A stretch of DNA of 64,000 nucleotides from positions 347,525 to 411,524 of the forward strand of contig JBGARZ010000006.1 in NCBI GenBank assembly GCA_044229975.1, given 5' to 3'. Of the stretch, positions 17,570 to 24,234 are shown one piece after another (position 1 is the first letter of the stretch; the number at the start of each line of letters is the position of its first letter). Below the pieces are notes generated by a model. That model was not told the DNA's origin. It did no database searches and was given only the letters and a program-made list of their open reading frames with translations. Made by a program: the position numbers and the translations under genes. The DNA comes from Polyangiales bacterium. GTDB taxonomy: Bacteria; Myxococcota_A; Polyangia; Polyangiales; Ga0077539.

Positions 17570-17932
17570 TCACTTCCTGCGTGGGTTGGGAGGCTCAGTC
17601 GTGAACAGCCGTCGGAGCCATGACCCATACGCCCACTTGCGCCACCTTGCCATCGTCGCGGCGTACCGAACGAACGCTACCTCGTCGGTAAAGACCTCGG
17701 CTTCGTGCTCGCCCACGGTGTCGGTCAGAGACACCTCCGCAAAAGGAAATGCTCGCAACAGATCGTCCTTCGTCGCGATGGCCGCTTCACGAGTCGCGAA
17801 CGTCGGCCGAAAGGACACCGCACCGGAACAACGGTCTCCATGCGAGTCCAAGATGATACCCGTCTCGACCTCGGCGAGAAGCAGGGTGTAGCGCCCGTCA
17901 CCCATCGCACCCCAGGCAGTCGTCGGGGCCAC
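17570..17932 (-). CDS. hypothetical protein (cassette 4, 111-120 aa)
   Basis: The only sizeable minus-strand ORF between attC c and attC b. The track start at 17932 is GTG; an alternative ATG at 17905 gives MGDGRYTLLLAEVETG. No recognised motif. Confidence 0.45.
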   Translation of the reverse strand: MAPTTAWGAMGDGRYTLLLAEVETGIILDSHGDRCSGAVSFRPTFATREAAIATKDDLLRAFPFAEVSLTDTVGEHEAEVFTDEVAFVRYAATMARWRKWAYGSWLRRLFTTEPPNPRRK

Positions 17933-17957
17933 CGCCCCGCGGGCCCGATGGGTGTCC

Positions 17958-18048
17958 GCCCAACGGCTGGCCGATGTGCCGCCGCAACGGACGCGGCGGG
18001 TTGACGACGCGTGAAGCGGTAGCGGTCGGCAGCATCGGCTTGTTGGGC
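17958..18048 (-). other. attC-like site c
   Basis: GCCCAAC-ggctggccgatgtgccgccgc...agcggtcggcagcatcggctt-GTTGGGC. Confidence 0.7.
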
Positions 18049-18138
18049 ACGCCGCCCGCTGCCCTGTCGATGCGTATGTGCGCCGTCACGCCGTTGCCCT
18101 CCGTGAACTCCGTAGTACCGGACTCAAGACGATCGACA

Positions 18139-18690
18139 TCAGTCGCGCTTCCATAACGAGAGGAATTCCGCGGCTACCACCAACGATCGGCCGCTGTCGG
18201 AGAACCCGAATGCCCGTAGTTCGGGCCAATCCTTGACCAACAGGAACTCCCTGTCCGGTTCGCTGGATGGGTCGTCGTAGGGGACTTTGAGCACCAAGCT
18301 TTCACAAGGCCAGTTGGGCGCGACTCGACGGACATTCCATCCGTCTGGGGTGAAGGCCTTGAGCCCTCCCCCCCACAAGCCAGCAACGGGGATGCGCTGC
18401 CCGGCGAGCGGCCCGATGCCGACAACCGACACGGGGTAAGGGTCGCGCTCGCCCTCCGCGCTGCCGCTGTGGCCGGGTTCGTCGGCCAAGGTGTCGCCCG
18501 TCTTGGCGTCGACCACGGTCAGTCCGTTGTGGGTCAGCACAACCAGCCACTCAGTGCCCGGCGCGAAACCCATTGCGACGGGCATCTCGAAGAACTCCTC
18601 CACGGGCACCACCACCCAAGGGGGCGGCGAACTGACCCTCTGTCGACTTCGCCACTCCGCACGAATCTTTCGGATGTGTCGATTGGTCAT
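18139..18690 (-). CDS. hypothetical protein (cassette 3, 183 aa)
   Basis: Start chosen at ATG 18690 (MTNRHIRKIRAEW); the track start at 18738 is GTG. Beta-rich sequence with no recognised motif. Confidence 0.5.
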   Translation of the reverse strand: MTNRHIRKIRAEWRSRQRVSSPPPWVVVPVEEFFEMPVAMGFAPGTEWLVVLTHNGLTVVDAKTGDTLADEPGHSGSAEGERDPYPVSVVGIGPLAGQRIPVAGLWGGGLKAFTPDGWNVRRVAPNWPCESLVLKVPYDDPSSEPDREFLLVKDWPELRAFGFSDSGRSLVVAAEFLSLWKRD

Positions 18691-18767
18691 TGAATCTTCG
18701 ATCCTGATCGAAGGGCACTGTCGTGGTTGTCGTCGCACTCACGCTGCCAACCCGTAGGACCGAGGCT

Positions 18768-18858
18768 GCCCAACGGCTGGCCGATGTGCCGCCGCACTGG
18801 GTGAAGCGGATTGGCGGCGGGTGCATTGTGCGCGGTCGGCACCATCGGCTTGTTGGGC
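18768..18858 (-). other. attC-like site d
   Basis: GCCCAAC-ggctggccgatgtgccgccgc...gcgcggtcggcaccatcggctt-GTTGGGC. Confidence 0.7.
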
Positions 18859-18864
18859 GGCCCC

Positions 18865-19614
18865 TCAATAGCAAGCGTCGTGAGTGGCATCTTGATCGAG
18901 TTCCAGATCAATCACAGGCAGTCGTCGATCGAGCCAGAGTCCCGCTGGTGTGAAGGCAATCGCAGCCTTCGTGCCTCCCACGGACTGAACGCGACCGGCC
19001 GCCGTCAGGGTTTGAGCCACTATATCAACAGCCAACTCATTGAATGAAACTCGGTCATCTAGTGACTTAAATGGCCACGAAAGCCCCAGAGCTTTCAGGT
19101 TCATGGCGTAATTTTCAAGGCCCGGAATGAGCGTGTTGTAAAATGGATGGTATCCGTTACGAAGCACTGCACGCTCTGCAATGCAAGGATTGTCCTTGTG
19201 CAGTGCGTGCTGCGACGGTGTCGCTCCGTGATGCCCAGTGTGCACATGATAGAGCACGGGGTTGCCGTCTTCGTATCCAGCGACATGAACCCCTCCCCGC
19301 AATTTCTCCCAACTCCGCCCGTCTGCATTCCCCGCTTCTGCGAGAAGACTGGCGAGTTTTGCCCCAGCCGTAGATGGCGTATCACTGCCAGTGAGTTGGT
19401 CGCTGAACTCTTTCACTAATTGATCGCACTGTCTGGAACCAAAGCGAGCGTTTCCCCAAACGGCAAATCCAATATTTGAATCCGCAGAATAATGTATCTT
19501 GGAGGCCCCGAATCGAATCTCGATTGGCCTGTCTGGCCTCGTCACCGTGATAGCTGAGTCACCCACAAGCACGCAGCCGAACGCGGCCGAAACCTCAGAT
19601 ACTACGAGTGTCAT
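18865..19614 (-). CDS. proteasome-beta/HslV-like Ntn-hydrolase candidate (cassette 2, 249 aa)
   Basis: The ATG lies 13 nt after the attC e core and is preceded by GGAAGGAAG. The N-terminus MTLVVSEVSAAFGCVLVGDSAIT...ASKIHYSADSNIGFAVWGNA parallels HslV/proteasome beta (Thr1, G-D about position 17, K-I-x-x about position 33, aG.a.D). The stop lies 6 nt from attC d. AT-richer than the flanks. Confidence 0.55.
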   Translation of the reverse strand: MTLVVSEVSAAFGCVLVGDSAITVTRPDRPIEIRFGASKIHYSADSNIGFAVWGNARFGSRQCDQLVKEFSDQLTGSDTPSTAGAKLASLLAEAGNADGRSWEKLRGGVHVAGYEDGNPVLYHVHTGHHGATPSQHALHKDNPCIAERAVLRNGYHPFYNTLIPGLENYAMNLKALGLSWPFKSLDDRVSFNELAVDIVAQTLTAAGRVQSVGGTKAAIAFTPAGLWLDRRLPVIDLELDQDATHDACY

Positions 19615-19627
19615 GGTTCTTCCTTCC

Positions 19628-19713
19628 GCCCAACGGCTAGCCTATGTGTCGCCGCAACGGGCGTGATGATTTGATAGTTGGTGACGGCGGTCGGCCACAT
19701 CGGCTTGTTGGGC
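19628..19713 (-). other. attC-like site e (belongs to the DUF262 cassette)
   Basis: GCCCAAC-ggctagcctatgtgtcgccgc...ggcggtcggccacatcggctt-GTTGGGC. The arms carry compensated substitutions. Confidence 0.65.
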
Positions 19714-19727
19714 GGTTGCTCGCTTCG

Positions 19728-21506
19728 CTATGTGAAAAGGGCCATCAGCGCTTTTGTCTGCTTAAGTCCTTCCACCTTCACGGTATCGGATCCCCGCCGC
19801 GCATAAACGATGTCGCCCACATCAGAAAGAGATTTTTGGGACGGAATCCAAATGCAAACGACTGACAAGCCGCGGTAAACGATGCAGTCAACACTGCTAA
19901 GCACAGCAGTCTTAAGAGGTTCGCTCAGTTTCGAGTTTTCGATGTGGCGGATGATCTCTCGATTGTAATTCTCAAGGGATACCGCAAGGGCCGATGCTTC
20001 ACGATCGATCCCTACGCAGAACCGTTCTCCAACATGAACGGCCTTGATACCATAGAGCGATTCGATGCGGTCTTTGTCTGTAGCTTTGTCCGCCACGCCC
20101 ACGAAAATCGCACCGCTAGAGGTCGGGCCGAGATTAGCGATACCACAGATGGTGTTGACAATCTTCTCGAGGATATTCGGATCCTTGGTGTGTCCTTCGT
20201 CGAGACGGAGCATGCCCTGTTTGCACTCGAATGCGTTGGTTTCGATCCGCGATCGCCTCAATGCGTTTTCGAACGCAATCGCTGCGCCTGCGCCATGACT
20301 CAATACAGGTGGGTCCTTGTCCTCGAATTGATCTTGGATCAGCCCTTTGATCGTGTTGATGTTTTGGAGGCGAGGCTCGCTGCGAATTTGCCCTGCAGCG
20401 ATGTTTAGTTTGTCGTGTGCTCCTTGGAGAGATCGGACAATCGCGGTCTTGTCCTTTGGACTTCGACGCTGTCTCACGCACAAATCGAAGAACGCCATGA
20501 AGACTGCAAAAAACGCCGTCTTTGCAGGATTCGGGTTCCCTGGACTCACGATCCGCCGAAATGCCGTAGCTGAGTCGTCCACACTCTCAATCACGTCACG
20601 AATGATAGCAATCGTGGAAAGAATCTCGTGCTTCAGGCGGGTGCCTCCGTACGTCGCCAGTTGGGCGTTGAGTTCCCGATATTCAGAGGTCGTCGCATTG
20701 TAGATCCCATCCAAGGCTCCGCCGGAGAACGCAAACGGCTTCCCTTGAAGGACTGAAATTGCGAGATCCGCCACCATCTGCTCATCCTCGCTTTCGCGCA
20801 ACTGGCTGCGACGTAAGATACCCTGCTTACACCAGAAGGTATCGTCAGCCTTGATTCGGTAGGAGGGCATGTCGCCGCCAGCGTCCACACTGATCTCTGG
20901 CATCTGTGCGAGGTCAAGCGACTCGCTCGAGACATCCCCACGAATTTCTGCTGAAAGCTCACGAACGGCCGTCGCAAAGGGCGTGATGACACCAGCCTGC
21001 CGGCGCTCTTGGTCACTAAGTTGCCGCCCATAGGCGTTGATTCTCCCGAAGACCTCCGTCACTGACTGTTCGTTGTTCGCCGGGAATTCAGTCACGGCGA
21101 GAGTGTACTCCAGAAACCTGGCACACTCATCGGCACTAAAGAGGGCGCTCTCCTTAGGTACTGGAGGGATTTTACCTTCGTCCGCGAGTGACCGCGCTCG
21201 CGCCAACTGCGAGACGTCGAAGTACCTCCCATTGACTGGAAACGCATCCTCGATGAATGAAAATATAGCGTTGAGTCTCTGCATTCCATCCAGAATCTCG
21301 AAGCTCTTGTTTCCGTCCTCCCGAAGTGTGTATGCCAACAGCAGCAGAGGAATAGGGAACCCCTGGAGGATAGAGTCAACCAGCTTCTGTTTCTCTTCGA
21401 TGCTCCACACCAGCTTCCGCTGGTACCTTCGATTCACTCGGAAGTTCCCGTCCCGAAACTCTCGATATGCCTCTTGGACACTCATTCCGCGCGGCGTAAC
21501 ACTCAT
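19728..21506 (-). CDS. DUF262 (ParB/Srx-like) N-terminal domain fused to a Schlafen/AlbA_2-like C-terminal domain (cassette 1, 592 aa)
   Basis: Start at ATG 21506 (MSVTPRG), with GAGGG 5 nt upstream. DUF262 motifs: NRRYQRKLVW, LVDSILQGFPIPLLLL, EILDGMQRL (DGQQR-type). The C-terminus (ETNAFECKQG...ILEKIVNTICGIANLGPTSSGAIFVGVADK...IVYARRGSDTVKV) fits the AlbA_2 pattern (E.EfK...i.ktI.AfaN..GG.i.iGV.D...yvR.gs.t). The stop lies 14 nt from attC e. Confidence 0.8.
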   Translation of the reverse strand: MSVTPRGMSVQEAYREFRDGNFRVNRRYQRKLVWSIEEKQKLVDSILQGFPIPLLLLAYTLREDGNKSFEILDGMQRLNAIFSFIEDAFPVNGRYFDVSQLARARSLADEGKIPPVPKESALFSADECARFLEYTLAVTEFPANNEQSVTEVFGRINAYGRQLSDQERRQAGVITPFATAVRELSAEIRGDVSSESLDLAQMPEISVDAGGDMPSYRIKADDTFWCKQGILRRSQLRESEDEQMVADLAISVLQGKPFAFSGGALDGIYNATTSEYRELNAQLATYGGTRLKHEILSTIAIIRDVIESVDDSATAFRRIVSPGNPNPAKTAFFAVFMAFFDLCVRQRRSPKDKTAIVRSLQGAHDKLNIAAGQIRSEPRLQNINTIKGLIQDQFEDKDPPVLSHGAGAAIAFENALRRSRIETNAFECKQGMLRLDEGHTKDPNILEKIVNTICGIANLGPTSSGAIFVGVADKATDKDRIESLYGIKAVHVGERFCVGIDREASALAVSLENYNREIIRHIENSKLSEPLKTAVLSSVDCIVYRGLSVVCIWIPSQKSLSDVGDIVYARRGSDTVKVEGLKQTKALMALFT

Positions 21507-21730
21507 CTTGCCCTCTTTTCTATCCTCTCTCTGTCGCAGGGTCGGATCAAGGTTTGCTTGGCAAGGGAGTGCCATGTCGAAGACTCAAGCTCGCCCGGCC
21601 GATTCTGGCGTACTGGAGTCGTGTTGTCATTGAGTATCGACGCACTGCCGGAGAGGATTGTAGATCGCTGCGACGCCCGCCCAACATCTCATTCACCCGC
21701 GCGCCCACTACCGAATCCCGCCCTGGCGCT

Positions 21731-21830
21731 GCTCGCCCGCTTGCTGCCCAAATCCATATCCCCGTTCGCGTTGTTCGCCCGCTCGCTGCCGAGTTCCACA
21801 ACCCCATTCGCGCGTCGTTCGCCTATGCCC
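21731..21830. repeat. ~41-bp tandem repeat, about 2.5 copies, adjacent to the proximal array junction
   Basis: Copy 1 (21731-21770): gctcgcccgcttgctgcccaaatccatatccccgttcgcg. Copy 2 (21771-21812): ttgttcgcccgctcgctgccgagttccacaaccccattcgcg. A partial third copy (cgtcgttcgcctatgccc...) follows. Confidence 0.6.
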
Positions 21831-21846
21831 ATCCCCCCCACGCCCA

Positions 21847-24171
21847 TCACCCCCGCCGCCGTCGCCTCCTCGCCATCCCCGCTGCCATCCCCACTACTGC
21901 CAACACCCCGAGCCCGCCGCTCTTCCCACTTCCATTCCCACTACCGACCACCCCGCATCCGCAGCCCGACCCGCCTGCGTCCGTCGTCGCGCCGCCGCGA
22001 ATCAGCTCCACTGGCCTCGGCAGTTCCACGCCCCCATCCACGCTCACCGCGCGCCCCATCACCACCTCCAGCACCGCCGGCTCCGCGTCCGCGCTCTCCG
22101 GCTCATCCACCACGCGCGCCCGCACCTCCACCCGATGCTCACCCGCCAGCTCGAACGTCGGCGCCGTCACATCCACCCACGGTCCTGCCGCCCACCGCGA
22201 CCACGTCATCCCGTCCACCCGCCACGAGTACTCGTGCGGCCGATCGCTCACCGCCGACGCGCCCGGCGCCACCCGCACCCGCACCCGCGCGCTCGTCCCC
22301 ACCGGGTCGACGCCCAGCACGCTCGCGTCCGTCTCCGCCGCCGCGATGCTCGGCATCGTCGCGCGCCGATACCGCAGGTCCATGAACAACCCGAGATACC
22401 GCGACCCGCCCTGCTCCATTCCCACCAAGCCGTTGTCGGGAAGCTCCAGGTTCACCGTCCCCACCGGCATCCCCATCGCTCCCGGAACCGGAATCGACGG
22501 AATCGCGATCGCCGGAATGCTCCCACCCAACATCCCGATGGCCGTTCCCAACAACCCGTCAAAGGACATCGCCAGCCGCGCCGGCGCATCACTCACCAGC
22601 GTCGACCCCGTCACCACCGTACCGCTCGTGCGCACCGTCCCGAGCGACGGCCGCAACCCACCCGCGTCGCGCATCAGCGTGAGCGGCGCCGTCACGTCGG
22701 TGGTCACCGTGAGCGCCCGCACGTAGCGCTCCTCCGACCACACCATGAGGTCGAGCGCGAGCCGCTCGAAGCGCAGCGTGAGCGTCGGCGACGGGCCCGA
22801 CGACATCGCCACCGTCGGCGGACGCTGCGGCCGTAGCACCAGCGCCACCGGCCCCGACAGCGACGGAAACAGCACGTTGCGCAGCGACGGAACGATGATC
22901 GAAAAGGTCCCCGACGTGAGCTGCTGCGAGAGCGAGCTCGTCACGCCAAGGCAGAACGTCCCCGAGTCCCACAATTGATACAGCGCGTGGTTGAGGAAGG
23001 TCTCCGACAACCCCACGCCGAGATCCATCGAGCGCATTCCCCCCGGAACATCGTTGCGCCGCAGCGCCGTCCACTCGGGGATCTCTGGCACCGTCGGCTC
23101 CGCCACGCGCGGCACGCAGTTGTTGTGTCCGCGCGACTGCGCCACCCCGAACACGTTGAGCGTCATCCCCTGCGTCGACACCTCGGCGTCGTGCGCGTGG
23201 TCGCCCGCCGCAATCACGATGGCCGACTCGCCGCGCACACCCGGGCTCACCGACGCCAGCAGCGCCCCGACGTTGCCCGCCATCTCGACACCCAGCAGCG
23301 ACGGAACCGTCTGCCCGTCTTCATACCGACACCGCGCTCCCTGCGCGACGCTCCCCAGCGGACACCCCGGCGGATCAGGCATCGACGCCTGGCTCAACGC
23401 ATCTTGAATGGGCCCCAGCGCACCACCGATGGCGCCACCAAACGCGCCCGAGATGGTTCCTCGCAGCACCGGGAGCAGCCCACAGAGTCCGCCGCCCGAG
23501 CAGCCCACCCACGCGTCGTCGAAGCCCTCTCCCGGCGTCTGCTCGATGACCTCCGTCGCCCCCATCGCGGGCACAAGCTCCGCCCGGAAGTAGTCACGCC
23601 GCGACGGGTGCGTGTCCCGCCGGATCACGATGGCCGTCCGCAGCCCGATGTACGACCGCGCGCCGCGCGCCGTGTCGATGGTGAGCCGCGTGTCGATGCC
23701 GTCCGCGCAACCGCCGCACATGCTGTTGCAGAACAGCGTGCACGTCCGCAGCGGAATCTCTCCGCGGAAGCCCACGCGCAGCCGCACCTCGATGCGATCG
23801 GGCGCCACGAAGAACAGCTCCAGCGGAGGCGGACTCGTCGGCAGCACCAGGTCGAGCCCGCAGCTCCCATCGCGGCACACCACGTAGCGCCCGACGCCGA
23901 AGTTACCCGTCACCAGCGGGATGGGCAGCCGTCCACCGGTCACGCCCAGCAGCAGGTCGGCGCCGAGCTGCGACACGTTGCGCAGCCCCTGATCGCTCAC
24001 CCGCACCTGCATCGCCCGCGGCACCCGCGTCTCCGGCGTCACCGGATACCCCCGCGGAATCGGCCCCAGCGCACCGCCCGCGCACGATGAGCAGCCCCCG
24101 CCGCTGCACCCCGCCACCGCGATCGCCACGACCATCATCCGAACCAGCGCGACGACGTCCCTGAGGTGCAT
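21847..24171 (-). CDS. large secreted lipoprotein with C-terminal MYXO-CTERM sorting domain
   Basis: Start at MHLRDVVALVRMMVVAIAVAGC (lipobox). The C-terminus GGSGCGCGVVGSG...LGVLAVVGMAAGMARRRRRRG is the Cys-containing, hydrophobic, Arg-cluster tail typical of MYXO-CTERM. The track ORF extends to 25293, but that part is shadow-like. Confidence 0.75.
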   Translation of the reverse strand: MHLRDVVALVRMMVVAIAVAGCSGGGCSSCAGGALGPIPRGYPVTPETRVPRAMQVRVSDQGLRNVSQLGADLLLGVTGGRLPIPLVTGNFGVGRYVVCRDGSCGLDLVLPTSPPPLELFFVAPDRIEVRLRVGFRGEIPLRTCTLFCNSMCGGCADGIDTRLTIDTARGARSYIGLRTAIVIRRDTHPSRRDYFRAELVPAMGATEVIEQTPGEGFDDAWVGCSGGGLCGLLPVLRGTISGAFGGAIGGALGPIQDALSQASMPDPPGCPLGSVAQGARCRYEDGQTVPSLLGVEMAGNVGALLASVSPGVRGESAIVIAAGDHAHDAEVSTQGMTLNVFGVAQSRGHNNCVPRVAEPTVPEIPEWTALRRNDVPGGMRSMDLGVGLSETFLNHALYQLWDSGTFCLGVTSSLSQQLTSGTFSIIVPSLRNVLFPSLSGPVALVLRPQRPPTVAMSSGPSPTLTLRFERLALDLMVWSEERYVRALTVTTDVTAPLTLMRDAGGLRPSLGTVRTSGTVVTGSTLVSDAPARLAMSFDGLLGTAIGMLGGSIPAIAIPSIPVPGAMGMPVGTVNLELPDNGLVGMEQGGSRYLGLFMDLRYRRATMPSIAAAETDASVLGVDPVGTSARVRVRVAPGASAVSDRPHEYSWRVDGMTWSRWAAGPWVDVTAPTFELAGEHRVEVRARVVDEPESADAEPAVLEVVMGRAVSVDGGVELPRPVELIRGGATTDAGGSGCGCGVVGSGNGSGKSGGLGVLAVVGMAAGMARRRRRRG

Positions 24172-24234
24172 GACCTCAACGCGTATCACGAACGCCACGC
24201 CCGTCGGTGACGTCCCTCCGCCCATCTGATACCC

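Larger units (their letters stand above)
16773..21685 (-). mobile_element. integron-type gene-cassette array without an integrase in the window (CALIN-like): 5 attC-like sites, 5 cassettes, attI-like proximal junction
   Basis: Five 86-92 bp repeats with RYYYAAC...GTTRRRY cores and complementary conserved arms. One compact minus-strand ORF (or a TA pair) lies between neighbouring repeats. At 21679-21685 the shared CCGCCCAAC is present, but the sequence diverges immediately after AAC. No tyrosine recombinase ORF was found. Confidence 0.7.

Noticed and set aside
16773-19713. The five ~90-bp repeats considered as a CRISPR array
   Set aside because: The spacing is 400-770 bp (about 1.97 kb to the proximal junction) rather than about 30-40 bp. 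The intervals contain full ORFs with SD sites. The repeats are long imperfect palindromes with variable centres and RYYYAAC/GTTRRRY ends. No cas genes are present.
21474-22726. Plus-strand ORFs 21474..22385 and 21554..22726 considered as a candidate integrase divergent from the array
   Set aside because: The translations are Pro/Arg/Ser/Thr low-complexity strings with no tyrosine-recombinase motifs (no R..HxxR..Y pattern). They are antisense to the well-supported MYXO-CTERM lipoprotein gene, so they are shadow ORFs.
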